The notes: generated by a model not told the origin, from the sequence alone. Numbered from the stretch's first letter, positions 18,787 to 29,285 are shown. The stretch: DNA of 64,000 bases from Myxococcota bacterium (GCA_023150835.1 JAKLKB010000013.1:1-64000), one strand, 5' to 3'. Translations and numbers: made by a program.

Positions 18787-21700
18787 CTATTTCAACAAAG
18801 CGCGCATCTCAGCGATCTGCGTGTGGAGTCCATCGCGTTTTTGCTCTTCGAGGACGAGCCGTTCGCGGGTTTGGGCGACCACCTCGGCAGGAGCGCGCTC
18901 CACAAACTTCGCGTTTCCGAGCTGCTTGTGGATGCGTTCGATCGAAGCGATGTGTTGCTCAAGCTGCTTTTCCAAACGAGCGATCTCCGCATGAAGATCG
19001 ATCACCCCTTCGAGCGGGCAACACAGATGGATATCGCCCACGATCCCGCGCACACTCAACACAGGGGGTTCGTAGCTCTCGCACTCTTCGATCTTTTCGA
19101 TACGCAAAAACCGCGAAAGCCCCGTCGAAGCCGCCGTCAGTTTCGCACGAACGCTTGCGTTTCCACCAAACAACACCATCGACGGCAAGACCATCTGATC
19201 CGTCACAGCGGGCTGTTGCGCACGCATCTGATTCACTTGACCTGCGATCTCACGCAGCATCTGCGTAAGCTGCGCGGCCTCTTCGTCGCGTGGAATCTCC
19301 GCAGCGATCGGCCACGGCGCACGAATCAACGCCACAGGAAGATCGGACTCTCCTGCTTTGATGCGGATCTTGCGCAAGGCTTGCCACAACTCTTCCGACA
19401 AAAACGGCATCACAGGATGCAAAAGACGCAACGTCGCATCCAACACCCGAACGAGGTGGGTTTGGGCTTGCGCTTTGCTTGCATCGCCAAGCGCCCCCCA
19501 CAATCGCGGCTTCACGATCTCCAGATACCACGAGCAAAAGTCATCCCAAAAGAACGAATAGATCTCTTCGCAGACTTGGCCCAAATGAAAGCGCTCGATA
19601 TGCCCGTGTATCCGCGCTGAAGTCTCATGCAAGCGATGATACAGCCAGCGATCCTCGATCGTCTCAATGCGCGCATCCACCGTGAAACCTTCGCATTGAC
19701 GGAACACCACACCACGCGCAGCTTGCCAGATCTTGTTTCCAAAACGCCGCCCTTCTTCAAAGCGGGGGATCTCCACATCGAAAACGTCCAGCCCATCTTC
19801 TTTTTCGGAGCGTTTGCTGCGCAAGATCTGCATCTTGATATCTTGGGACTGCCCTGCTGTCATGCTCAACATCCCGTATCGTAGGGAGTCTGCGCCATAA
19901 GGCTTGTAATATTCTTTGCGGTGGGCAGGGACATCGCGCAACGCCACTTTTCCTTTGATCTCGTCGCCGCCGCCTTCGATGGCCCGAACGGGATCAAAGC
20001 CGTTGCCTCGGGACTTGGACATGATATCGCCGTGTTCGTCTTGAATCGTTCCATGCAAGACGACATCTCGATAAGGCGTTTTCCCCAAGAACTTCATCCC
20101 CATCATGATCATCCGCGCCACCCAAAGCGCCAAGATATCGCGTCCTGTGACCAGTGTGCTCGTGGGATAAAAGTATTCGAGATCCTTGGTTTGTTCGGGC
20201 CATCCGAGCGTTCCCATCGGCCAAAGCTGCGAGCTAAACCATGTATCCAACACGTCGGGATCTTGAACCAGATGATCGCCCCCACAGGTCGGGCAGGTTG
20301 CGGGCTTGGCATCTCGCGCACGGCTTTCTGGCACGATCGGCTGAGCCTCTTCGGGGATGCTCAAGCCGATCGGATCGCCTTCTTGGTCGATCTGGATCGA
20401 AGGGTGACAATCGCGGCAATACCAGATCGGGATACGATGCCCCCACCACACTTGGCGCGAGATGCACCAGTCCGGCGTCGAATCCAACCAACGCATATAA
20501 TCTTTCCCCCGATGTTCGGGGTGAAAGAACACTTCGCCATCTTCGTACGTATGGCGTGCCATCTCCACCAGCGGCTGCATCTTCACAAACCATTGGCTCA
20601 ACAGATACGGCTCGATCACCGTATCTGTCCGATAACAATGCGCCACTTCGTGTTCCAAGTCCTCGATCTTCGCAAGATAACCGAGCGCCCGCATGGCCTC
20701 GACCACTTTTGCCCGTCCTTCGGCCATCGTCAGCCCTTGCATCGCGGCGGGCGCTTGTTCATTCAGCCGACCATCGGGCGTCATCATATTGATCATCGGG
20801 AGGGCGTTGCGTTGTGCGCAGGCGTAATCGTTCGGATCATGCGCAGGCGTCACCTTGAGCGCGCCTGTGCCTTTTTCGGGATCAGCCAACAGCGCATCCG
20901 CGATGATCGGGATCGGGCGCTCCACCAACGGCAACATCACTTGTTTGCCCACCAGCGCCGCATACCCCTCAAGACGCGGTAGCTCCTCCGCGATGCGCTT
21001 GCGCAAAAGCTCCACGCGCTCCTCTTGCCCCGCTGCGATGGCCGCTTCCAGACGACGGTGCAGTTCTCCCGCAGGATCAGGATGCACCGCCACCGCCGTG
21101 TCACCCAACATCGTCTCAGGCCGCGTTGTGGCGATCTCGATAAATCGGCCCTGTTCGCCGATCACAGGGTAGCGAAAAAACCAAAAGTGAGTTTTCACAT
21201 TCTTGTACACAAGTTCATCGTTGGACAGCGCCGATTGAATCCCCACAGACCAGTTGATCAGACGCTTTCCGCGATACACCAAGCCGTCACGAAACAGTTC
21301 AGAAAAAGCGTACTGAACGGCATGTGTAAATTCGGGCGACATCGTAAATTGCGTGCGTTCCCAATCCAACGAGGCTCCGATCCGCCGAAGCTGCGACAAG
21401 ATCCGCCCACCATAATGCTCTTTCCATTCCCAGATCCGCTCTAACATCTTGCGGCGACCGAGATCATGGCGCGTCACACGCTCATCTTCCCACAACCGGC
21501 GCTCGACCACCGCTTGCGTCGCAACCCCCGCATGATCCGTCCCCGGCATCCACAACGCCTCATACCCTTGCATCCGCGCATGGCGGATCAAAAAATCCTG
21601 AATGCTGTTATTGAGCGCATGGCCCAAGTGCAACGCCCCCGTCACGTTCGGTAGCGGGATCATGATCGTGTACGGCTTGCGCTGCTCGTTGACTTCGGCA

Positions 21701-21825
21701 TGAAAAAAACCATTTTCTTCCCACCACTTGTACCATCCTTCTTCGATCATCGTTGGATCGAACGCTGGACTCTCACAAGGCGGCGGACACGCGGTGATCT
21801 CCCTCGCTGCGGGCTTCTCGAACAT
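18787..21825 (-). CDS. valS: Valine--tRNA ligase
   Basis: PNVTGALHLGHAL, PGTDHAGVATQ, ATTRPETMLGD, DWCISRQVWWGH, DVLDTWFSS, IMSKS (KMSKS variant), C-terminal coiled coil. Confidence 0.97.
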   Translation of the reverse strand: MFEKPAAREITACPPPCESPAFDPTMIEEGWYKWWEENGFFHAEVNEQRKPYTIMIPLPNVTGALHLGHALNNSIQDFLIRHARMQGYEALWMPGTDHAGVATQAVVERRLWEDERVTRHDLGRRKMLERIWEWKEHYGGRILSQLRRIGASLDWERTQFTMSPEFTHAVQYAFSELFRDGLVYRGKRLINWSVGIQSALSNDELVYKNVKTHFWFFRYPVIGEQGRFIEIATTRPETMLGDTAVAVHPDPAGELHRRLEAAIAAGQEERVELLRKRIAEELPRLEGYAALVGKQVMLPLVERPIPIIADALLADPEKGTGALKVTPAHDPNDYACAQRNALPMINMMTPDGRLNEQAPAAMQGLTMAEGRAKVVEAMRALGYLAKIEDLEHEVAHCYRTDTVIEPYLLSQWFVKMQPLVEMARHTYEDGEVFFHPEHRGKDYMRWLDSTPDWCISRQVWWGHRIPIWYCRDCHPSIQIDQEGDPIGLSIPEEAQPIVPESRARDAKPATCPTCGGDHLVQDPDVLDTWFSSQLWPMGTLGWPEQTKDLEYFYPTSTLVTGRDILALWVARMIMMGMKFLGKTPYRDVVLHGTIQDEHGDIMSKSRGNGFDPVRAIEGGGDEIKGKVALRDVPAHRKEYYKPYGADSLRYGMLSMTAGQSQDIKMQILRSKRSEKEDGLDVFDVEIPRFEEGRRFGNKIWQAARGVVFRQCEGFTVDARIETIEDRWLYHRLHETSARIHGHIERFHLGQVCEEIYSFFWDDFCSWYLEIVKPRLWGALGDASKAQAQTHLVRVLDATLRLLHPVMPFLSEELWQALRKIRIKAGESDLPVALIRAPWPIAAEIPRDEEAAQLTQMLREIAGQVNQMRAQQPAVTDQMVLPSMVLFGGNASVRAKLTAASTGLSRFLRIEKIEECESYEPPVLSVRGIVGDIHLCCPLEGVIDLHAEIARLEKQLEQHIASIERIHKQLGNAKFVERAPAEVVAQTRERLVLEEQKRDGLHTQIAEMRALLK

Positions 21826-21957
21826 CGGCTTACTTACTCCTTGCGCTTTTCTCGCGCTTTTCCCATCTCGGCCAAAAAAACAAGGCGCGTACTATACCCA
21901 AACCAACCCACCCAAGCAAAAGGTCTTTCAAAGAGGACTTATACAGTTCTTCATAAA

Positions 21958-22075
21958 CCCCCGTGTTCGCGCCACTTCAAGCGACAGCGCCGTTGGTTTG
22001 AAAAGCAGTGCTCGTTTCGCCAAACACGGGGTCAAGGGGCGAACGTCCCTTGTGGGGTGTGGGGCAAAGCCCCAC
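21958..22075 (+). repeat. Dispersed structured repeat, copy 3
   Basis: ccccgtgtt/aacacgggg outer stem, inner ttcaagcgac/gttggtttgaa stem, then caagggg..cccttg and tggggcaaagcccca hairpins. Confidence 0.8.
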
Positions 22076-22108
22076 CCAATCAAAACAAACCCCGCTGCGT
22101 TCTCCCTA

Positions 22109-22834
22109 TCAAAGAGAAGTGTCTTTGTCCGCTGTCGCGCTGTGGCTTTGCTTGCGATAGGGGCGACGAGCCCCGTAAAACAAGCAACGACGGTGAAACC
22201 AACGGCGGCTTTTCATCCAGCCTTTGCGAAAGGTGGCGAGTACATCGACCACAAGGTACGCAGGCGGCGTCTTGCTGTCATTCTGACGACCGAGTGCAGC
22301 GTTGGGGTCGTTGTCCATGATCCCTTTGGCGCGATCTAGCAAACCTGTCCCTGTACCCGACCCTGTCGCAAGACTGCGCAGCGTCAACTCGGGCGGAACG
22401 GCATCTTGCACACTACACCCCGGCACTCGCTCGATTCCCACCTTGTAAGCGTTGTCATGCCCTTGCCAAGACGTTCCTTGTGTATAACTCGATGGCAGCG
22501 CAACTTCCTCGGTCGTTCCGACCCCCACGTACACCGCAACCTCTCGCGGAGCGTCCTTGATCTTGGCGATCTCGCGGCGGATCCGCGTCCGCACCGCCTC
22601 TGCCTCCAATGCCGCGTACTGTTGGCTGTCCATCGCTTCCGCGATCGCCCGATCCACCGCTGGCACCCAAAAACTCCGCTCCATCATCAAGTATCCCTGA
22701 AATGCCCCCACCCCCATCCCCAACACTACCAGCAACAAGACGATCTTTCCCATCCCACCGCCTTGACCACTGTTATCCGCCATCGCTGCGGAACGCCCTT
22801 GTGCTGCCCGCTGACTTGACATCCCATACGCCAT
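22109..22834 (-). CDS. Hypothetical protein with N-terminal membrane anchor
   Basis: AAGGAG RBS before ATG 22834; TM KIVLLLVVLGMGVGAF; the longer ORF call overlaps the DUF6918 gene. Confidence 0.6.
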   Translation of the reverse strand: MAYGMSSQRAAQGRSAAMADNSGQGGGMGKIVLLLVVLGMGVGAFQGYLMMERSFWVPAVDRAIAEAMDSQQYAALEAEAVRTRIRREIAKIKDAPREVAVYVGVGTTEEVALPSSYTQGTSWQGHDNAYKVGIERVPGCSVQDAVPPELTLRSLATGSGTGTGLLDRAKGIMDNDPNAALGRQNDSKTPPAYLVVDVLATFRKGWMKSRRWFHRRCLFYGARRPYRKQSHSATADKDTSL

Positions 22835-22850
22835 CGTTCTTGCTCCTTCG

Positions 22851-22896
22851 CAAACATACAGAGTTGACACACACGCAAACATACAGAGTTGACACG
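22851..22896. repeat. 25-bp-period direct repeat in a divergent intergenic region
   Basis: caaacatacagagttgacac at 22851 and 22876. Confidence 0.75.
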
Positions 22897-23005
22897 CGAC
22901 CCCGAAACAAGCAAACACTATACACCACATTTCCCCCCACAGCGCGATCCCCACGCCCACACAAAGGATCGGATCGCTCTCCCTCCCAGAAAGGATCCCA
23001 AGCTC

Positions 23006-23461
23006 TTGACCAAAACCCTTCATGAACACATCGCTGATCCCAACATCCGAAAAGCCGTCATCCGCGACTGCGTTGTCGTCCTCGAAGAAGAAGTCAACAA
23101 AAAAGGCGGGCTCAGCGGGCTTGTCGTCAAAGGCGGCTTCAAAGTCATCAAAGGTGTCGGTAGTGGCACGCTTGAACGCTTGATCGATTGGCTGCTCGAC
23201 GAGTTTGTCGACGCCATGGAACCCTTTTACCAACAATTCCAACAGATCGACGAAGCCGCCCGCCCCACCTTTGCTCGCTTTGTCGAAGACCGCACAGACG
23301 CCGTCGCCAACGCCTTAATCGGCGTCACCGATCAACGGCGACAGCGCGCCAAAAACAAACTTCTGATCGGTGCCTACGACAAACTCCGCCCCCAAGCCCT
23401 CCAACACGTCCGCGAAGGCGTCCCCTCCGTCGGTCGGCTCCTTCACAAATACATCGTTTAA
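23006..23461 (+). CDS. DUF6918-family protein
   Basis: VIRDC..VLEEEV..KGGLSGLVVKGGF, LLDEFVDAMEPFY, VANALIGVTD, AYDKLRPQA; probable TTG start after AAGGA. Confidence 0.7.
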   Translation: MTKTLHEHIADPNIRKAVIRDCVVVLEEEVNKKGGLSGLVVKGGFKVIKGVGSGTLERLIDWLLDEFVDAMEPFYQQFQQIDEAARPTFARFVEDRTDAVANALIGVTDQRRQRAKNKLLIGAYDKLRPQALQHVREGVPSVGRLLHKYIV

Positions 23462-23530
23462 CCCGCTGCTTCTCGCTTTTCACAAAAGCTAGGACTCAGA
23501 CGAAATCCGCCCGTTGCGTGATCGTAAAAC

Positions 23531-23703
23531 GTAGGGGCAGCCCCCTGTGGCTGCCCAACCACAGGGCAGTTCCAGCGGATCGCAAAACGTAGGGGCAGCC
23601 CCCTGTGGGCCCAACCACAGGGCAGTTCCAGCGGATCGCAAAACGTAGGGGCAGCTCCCTGTGGATGCCCAACCACAGGGCAGATCCAGCGGATCGCCCC
23701 TAC
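23531..23703 (+). repeat. GTAG-type REP cluster, 3 tandem units of 56-58 bp
   Basis: gtaggggcagccccctgtggctgccc (or variants) at 23531, 23589 and 23645, closing with the inverted gcccctac; lies between convergent genes. Confidence 0.85.
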
Positions 23704-23762
23704 CCTTCGATCACACTTCTCTTGGATATCGTATGACGCAGCAAAGCATCACCAGACCGCCA

Positions 23763-24248
23763 TCAATCGGCAGATTCGGAGTCTCTTCGTCGATTTCTGG
23801 CTTCTTCGTTGGCTTTTTGTGCGGCTTCGATCAGTTCGCGGGTCGGCATCAAGATCACCAAGCAAAAGATCCCCGCCCCCATAAAGCTGTAAGAGACCTG
23901 CAAAGAAGCCCCCATCATCGACAAGATGAAGCCATAAACACAGATCGACTCACACAACGCCAGACGGAGGATGAACACCATAAACGGATGGGCGGACTTC
24001 ATCAGCACCGGCAACGCAAACAAAGCCAACACACCCACCGCCACGCTCGCCGCAGCAAATGTCATGGTGAGCAGACTCACCATCGCTGCGCTTTCTGTGG
24101 CGCGCTTTGCGATCTGTTCGGCAGTCATCTGTGCGCGCAGGATGTAAGCGATCAGCGCATACAAAAATCCCGATCCGACCATCGCCCCCCACAACACATA
24201 AAAAATCAACCCGGGATTTCCGCCTTGTGGTTGTGTCTGTCTTGTCAT
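23763..24248 (-). CDS. Hypothetical 4-TM membrane protein
   Basis: Four hydrophobic segments; ALCESICVYGFIL. Confidence 0.65.
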   Translation of the reverse strand: MTRQTQPQGGNPGLIFYVLWGAMVGSGFLYALIAYILRAQMTAEQIAKRATESAAMVSLLTMTFAAASVAVGVLALFALPVLMKSAHPFMVFILRLALCESICVYGFILSMMGASLQVSYSFMGAGIFCLVILMPTRELIEAAQKANEEARNRRRDSESAD

Positions 24249-24273
24249 GGTTCTTTATCCTTTTGGAAACGGG

Positions 24274-25278
24274 CTAGTTGCAGATCTGCATCACGCGATC
24301 TTTGCTGCCTTGAAAGCTGAATTCGTTGGCGATGATGTAGGTGTTTCCGCGATCCACGAGGCCTTGGCAAAAGTAGCCAACCACTTGCAGTTTGCTGCTA
24401 TCGAAGCTAAACACCCGAACGATCGCACCCACTTGGGCTGCACGCATCGGTCGCAGCGCATAACGCGAAAGATTGCGGGCGGCGTCGATCTTGCTCTTGT
24501 CAAAGGAAAACACCCGAATAAAGCGGCGGATCGAACGCCACGTCAGCACTTCATTTCGAGAGCGAAGCCCCGCAAGCCAACTCCCCAACATCCGCATCCG
24601 CGCATCATCGAAGCTTTGGTTGCTCAACGCTGCCGCAAAACTGCGGGCTTGGGATTCGGGTACAACCGAGATCTGCGGCACAGGCGGCGGTTGCACAACC
24701 ACCACAGGAGGAGGAAGTTCTTGACCCGAAGGAGGAGGTTCTTGACCGGAGGGAGGAGGAACGGGGGATCCGCTCGGTGCGGGCATATCGTCATCGGATG
24801 TGTTTGCGCCTGCGGGCGGGCTACCGGGCGGAAAATCGATCGGCATGGACCCGCAACGCAAGGTGGTGATGTCTTGTTGCAGCGCGATAAAGGCTTGTTG
24901 CGGTGTGCGTGTGAAGCGGTTGAACCACAAACCATCACGGATTCCACCCACTTGCACCGCAAGGCGCTTTTTGCCGTACTCACCGGGATTACAGAAGCGT
25001 GCGAGTGGGATGCTGCGTGCGAATTTGCGTCGCATCATCGGAAAGATCCGGCGTTGTTGCCAACCCGTAGGGGTCCGAATCCACACGCGCACCATAAAGC
25101 GGCCACCGCGCATACTCATCCGACGCCATACACGCCTTTTCACACGGATATTCATCATCACTTGCCCATCCATCGGCGTCAACACCACGTTGATCGCCTG
25201 AGCTTGCGCGCTGTGTTCGACGCCAAGCATCGCCATCCACAACGCACCGCACAGCACCAGTCCTTTGAATAAACGCAT
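24274..25278 (-). CDS. Secreted DUF4476-like repeat protein
   Basis: Signal peptide ending AQA, Pro-rich linker, repeated SFDD/FSFDKSK/FSFDSSKL/FSFQGSK units. Confidence 0.7.
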   Translation of the reverse strand: MRLFKGLVLCGALWMAMLGVEHSAQAQAINVVLTPMDGQVMMNIRVKRRVWRRMSMRGGRFMVRVWIRTPTGWQQRRIFPMMRRKFARSIPLARFCNPGEYGKKRLAVQVGGIRDGLWFNRFTRTPQQAFIALQQDITTLRCGSMPIDFPPGSPPAGANTSDDDMPAPSGSPVPPPSGQEPPPSGQELPPPVVVVQPPPVPQISVVPESQARSFAAALSNQSFDDARMRMLGSWLAGLRSRNEVLTWRSIRRFIRVFSFDKSKIDAARNLSRYALRPMRAAQVGAIVRVFSFDSSKLQVVGYFCQGLVDRGNTYIIANEFSFQGSKDRVMQICN

Positions 25279-25384
25279 CGAATCTTTCTCCTTTGTCTGT
25301 TTTTTGAAGGCTGTTTTTCTGAAAAACTGCGGGCTTCTCTGAGAGCAGGTTCGGCGGTCGTAGACGAACGACTACCCGCTCTAT

Positions 25385-27055
25385 TCAATCTTTGCGCTCA
25401 AGCCAAAGACTCCAAAGAACCAAAAAACCCAAGAGGCTGCCCAACGCATAACCACCAAACGAGAACCACGACAAACCCAACAAGGCAGGCGTGCCAGAGT
25501 CCGCATTCATCGTCGCGATCAGCAAAAACACAAAGGACATCGCAACCATCAACTTGCGCCCATTTTGCCTGCGGTACTCGCGCAAAAAAGCCTCGAACTG
25601 GACGTTATCGATCCCGAACTTGATCCGCCCATTTTCCACGCCCATCAAGATCTGTTGAGCGGTAACGGGGAATTGTTTAAGCAGACGAAGAAGCTGTGTA
25701 GACTGCCGAAAAAGCTGGTTGGTGATCGATTCAAAGCTGTATCGTTCTTTGACAACCGCCCGAACATAGGGCTCGATCGCAGCGATCAGATCCATGTCGG
25801 GGTCCATCTGTTTGCCCACTCCTTCGACCGTGATCAGCGCCTTGAACATCATCGTATAATCGGGGGGAACCGCCATGCGATGCCGCATCGCACCTTCCAA
25901 GATATCCTGCAACAACCCGCCAAACTCGATATCGGACATCCGCGCCCCCACAAGGTGCTTGTCCATCACCAACATCACATCCGAAACAAATCGATCATAA
26001 TCCACAGGCGCACGTTTTCGACCGATCTCGTACAGCACTTCGGCCACCCCTTCGTAATCGCGCCTGATCACCGCCAACAACAGATCGATGATGTAATCTT
26101 TCATCCGAGGCGTCAGCCGCCCAACCAAACCAAAGTCGATCAACGCCACAGACAGATCTTCTTCGATCAAGATGTTCCCGGGATGTAGATCCCCATGAAA
26201 AAATCCATACACAAAGATCATCTCACACACCACACGAAGTGTATTCTTGACGATCTGTACCCGATCTCCTAGAGACTCCGTGATCTTCGAACCTTTGATC
26301 CGCTCCATCACAAGGATGCTTTTGTTCGACAAGGCGGGATAAGGGCGTGGGATATGCACCCCTTCGGCGTCTGCAAAGTTTTGGCGAAAGCGGTTGATGT
26401 TGCGTAGCTCGTGTGTAAAGTCGATCTCTTTTAAGATCTCTTTCTCGAACTCTTCGATCATCCCCACAGGATCGAACAATTCGATGTCTGCAAAGATCTG
26501 TGTGGCTTGCTTTGCCAAGAACTTCATCAGCGAAAGATCGCTGGTCATCGACTCCCGCGCCCCCGGGCGAGCCACTTTGACCACCACTTCGGTATCATCG
26601 GGCAGATACGCGATATGCACTTGTGCGATCGAAGCCGAAGCAAGGGGCTTTTCCTCAAAACGCAAAAACACTTCTTGGATCGGCTTTCCCAAAGACTCCT
26701 CGACTTGGATCTTGATCACCTCGAACGGAAGGGGCGCTGCGCTTGCTTGCAGGCGCTTAAACTCCACGATGTACTCTTCGGGGACGATATCTGCCCGTGT
26801 ACTCAGGATCTGCCCCAACTTGATAAACGTCGGCCCCAACTCTTGGATCGCCATGCACAGACGTTGGGGCGTCGACATCCCTTGATCGGGCTTGGCTTCT
26901 CCCACCAAGATCCGCCCGACGATATTTTCTTGCAGGTTCATCCGCGTCACCAGTTCGCCAAAACCATGACGCACCAGCACCGTGATGATCTGTCGCAAAC
27001 GGCCAACATCTTGCCACGCTTGCCCGATATTCGCATACCGCAATGGGTTCATCAA
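25385..27055 (-). CDS. ABC1/AarF/UbiB-family atypical kinase
   Basis: ELGPTFIKLGQILSTRAD, PLASASIAQVH, VVVKV, FHGDLHPGN, IDFGLVG, two C-terminal TMs. Confidence 0.92.
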   Translation of the reverse strand: MMNPLRYANIGQAWQDVGRLRQIITVLVRHGFGELVTRMNLQENIVGRILVGEAKPDQGMSTPQRLCMAIQELGPTFIKLGQILSTRADIVPEEYIVEFKRLQASAAPLPFEVIKIQVEESLGKPIQEVFLRFEEKPLASASIAQVHIAYLPDDTEVVVKVARPGARESMTSDLSLMKFLAKQATQIFADIELFDPVGMIEEFEKEILKEIDFTHELRNINRFRQNFADAEGVHIPRPYPALSNKSILVMERIKGSKITESLGDRVQIVKNTLRVVCEMIFVYGFFHGDLHPGNILIEEDLSVALIDFGLVGRLTPRMKDYIIDLLLAVIRRDYEGVAEVLYEIGRKRAPVDYDRFVSDVMLVMDKHLVGARMSDIEFGGLLQDILEGAMRHRMAVPPDYTMMFKALITVEGVGKQMDPDMDLIAAIEPYVRAVVKERYSFESITNQLFRQSTQLLRLLKQFPVTAQQILMGVENGRIKFGIDNVQFEAFLREYRRQNGRKLMVAMSFVFLLIATMNADSGTPALLGLSWFSFGGYALGSLLGFLVLWSLWLERKD

Positions 27056-27212
27056 AAAGCCTCCCTCGGCTCAAATAGACAGGTCACGACTCGCTTTTTT
27101 ATCGTCCAGCTCGAAAAAGACGGTGACTTGCGAAAGAGTTGTTGCACAAGCAACCGCATCATACAAACATCCGACAATCACCACAAACCTTTCCTTCACA
27201 AAAGGAACCTTT

Positions 27213-27788
27213 ATGCCCTTATACCGCTCGCTTTGCAACGCGCCCATTCCGCTCGGGCGTTTTTTTTGTTGGTTCGGAGTGTCGGCGCTGATCGTGATGG
27301 CAGGAGTGCAAGCCACACACGCGCAAAGTACCCGTCCCACCGCACAAAAAGAACGAGATTCCATGCTTTTGCGCCATCGCATCGAGATGGGCGCACAAGT
27401 CGACTTTTCTCGCGACGCACGCGCCCCTTTTGGGGCGGGACTGCGCGTGGGTTATCAATATCGGATGCTTGCGCAGATCCACCTTGGCGCGTGGGTGCAT
27501 TGGGCGTATCACGGCGTTGCGCAAGAGGCGCGGGCTGCGCTTGGTCTACATCTGCTCCTTGATCTGTTGCCGATCATGCCCTTTCTTCAACTCAGCTTTG
27601 GCTTGCAAACCCGCCTCACGCCGATCGGCCTATTCTTTACACCGGACGTTCATGCGGCTCTCGGTGTCGAGATCCCGATCAGTACGCGCTGGCGTCTTGG
27701 TGCAGCCTTCCACTTTTACCTCCCCACTTCCCCCGAATCTTTCCCCACAACACAAAGCTTGCTTCTCCATGCGGCATGGGTATGGTAG
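27213..27788 (+). CDS. Probable outer-membrane beta-barrel protein
   Basis: AAAGGA RBS; signal peptide; alternating amphipathic strands; aromatic C-terminus (AAWVW). Confidence 0.6.
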   Translation: MPLYRSLCNAPIPLGRFFCWFGVSALIVMAGVQATHAQSTRPTAQKERDSMLLRHRIEMGAQVDFSRDARAPFGAGLRVGYQYRMLAQIHLGAWVHWAYHGVAQEARAALGLHLLLDLLPIMPFLQLSFGLQTRLTPIGLFFTPDVHAALGVEIPISTRWRLGAAFHFYLPTSPESFPTTQSLLLHAAWVW

Positions 27789-27847
27789 ACTCCAATCGTT
27801 TTGTATCCCTGAGGCCGCAACCTCACTTGTAGAGAAAGGAGCTTGGG

Positions 27848-28492
27848 ATGATCCACATCCTTCGCTGTATCCGTCAAATTGCTTTGTTTGGTTTGCTTCT
27901 TTCGGGCGCTTCCCTTGCCTTGCCTTCCCAAGCCCACGCACAATTCAAACACCACGGGTTGGGCATCATCGCAGGAACGCGCTACACCTTTAACGTCGAA
28001 GGCGATCCCAACTCTCCAAACGCGCTCGCCAAGCGTGGCTACGGCGTCAGCATCGCCTACTTCAATTTCGGCCTCGAATACCAATACCGCTTCCTCAACA
28101 ACTGGCTCGTGGGTGTCGATGCCCATATCTCTTTCCATAGCTGCAACGCTGGAAATCCCCCTGTCTCCAAAGGCGGCTCTGCGGTCTGCGAACGCGCCGT
28201 CTCGACGCCGATTATGTTCGCCGCCATGACCGAGATCCGCTATCTTTTCCTGACCGACGAGTTCCGTCCCTACGTCGGTTTGGGGATCGGCGTCTGGCAA
28301 TCGCTGGCTTTTGTCGAAGAAGGTCTGACTTCTTTTGGCGGCGTTGTGACGGTCGGATTTGAATACTTTGTCAAAGAAGAGATCTCGATCGGTTTGCGCA
28401 TCCGAAACGGACTCCAACTGCTCATCGGAGCCCAAAATATCACGCCCTTTTATACCCTGTCTGGCGGCTTTGTTTTTAACGCCTACTTCTAG
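27848..28492 (+). CDS. Outer-membrane beta-barrel protein (OmpW/OmpA-like)
   Basis: Signal peptide ending AHA; IRYLFLTDEFRPYVGLGIG, VGFEYF; C-terminal Phe (FNAYF). Confidence 0.75.
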   Translation: MIHILRCIRQIALFGLLLSGASLALPSQAHAQFKHHGLGIIAGTRYTFNVEGDPNSPNALAKRGYGVSIAYFNFGLEYQYRFLNNWLVGVDAHISFHSCNAGNPPVSKGGSAVCERAVSTPIMFAAMTEIRYLFLTDEFRPYVGLGIGVWQSLAFVEEGLTSFGGVVTVGFEYFVKEEISIGLRIRNGLQLLIGAQNITPFYTLSGGFVFNAYF

Positions 28493-28668
28493 CACCACAC
28501 CTCAATGCCTACCTCTCACGTCACCCTGCGCTGACTCCCCTGCTTTCTCCTGTCTGATCCGCCTTTTCCTTCGTTTCTCTTGCTCACGAAAATCCTTTGA
28601 CGGCGGGTGACTCTTCTGTTAAGAAGCGGGCCACACGCCCCAAGGCCCCCGCACAAGGAGATATCATC

Positions 28669-29217
28669 GTGTCGATCTTCAAAGACTCTCCCTTCGAGAT
28701 CCTGCTCACCCAAGAACAAATCCATACCCGCATCCAAGAACTCGGTGCGCAGATCACCCAAGACTACCAAGACAAAGATCTCGTCTTGGTCGGCGTCTTG
28801 CGTGGAAGTTACCTCTTCCTCGCCGATCTCTCCCGTCACATCGATCTGCCTTTGATCGTCGACTTTCTTGCGGTCTCTTCGTACGGCACACGCACCCAAA
28901 GCTCGGGGGTCGTTCGCCTGACCAGCGACCTCTCGACCTCCATCGTCGACAAAGATGTCCTCATCGTCGAAGATATCATCGACACAGGCTTGACCATGAA
29001 CTACTTGGTCGAAAATCTCCAAACACGAAAACCCCGTTCTATCCGCGTCTGCTCGCTCCTCGATAAACCTGCCCGCAACATCCAGCCCGTCACAGTTCAC
29101 TACCTCGGCTTCGAGATCCCCGACAAATTTGTCGTCGGATACGGACTCGATTATATGGGACGTTATCGAAACCTCCCTTACATCGGCTTTCTTAGTCACC
29201 CTCCCGTCGAAGACTAA
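28669..29217 (+). CDS. hpt: Hypoxanthine phosphoribosyltransferase
   Basis: VLIVEDIIDTGLT PRPP motif, SSYG...SSGVVR, FVVGYGLDY..RYRNLPYIG; GTG start after AAGGAG. Confidence 0.95.
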   Translation: MSIFKDSPFEILLTQEQIHTRIQELGAQITQDYQDKDLVLVGVLRGSYLFLADLSRHIDLPLIVDFLAVSSYGTRTQSSGVVRLTSDLSTSIVDKDVLIVEDIIDTGLTMNYLVENLQTRKPRSIRVCSLLDKPARNIQPVTVHYLGFEIPDKFVVGYGLDYMGRYRNLPYIGFLSHPPVED

Positions 29218-29285
29218 TCCCTCCCTCCCGCGAACTTCTTCCTAGACATACTCTCTCGATCGGGCGCAGCCCGCCCCTTGCTGCT

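Noticed and set aside
21826-21957. T-box leader for valS
   Set aside because: No T-box consensus is visible; the nearby structure is the dispersed repeat on the opposite strand
22835-23242. N-terminal part of the 377-aa ORF 22109..23242
   Set aside because: Antisense shadow of the DUF6918 gene; an RBS supports a start at 22834
23531-23703. CRISPR array
   Set aside because: Whole units repeat and have a GTAG REP hairpin structure
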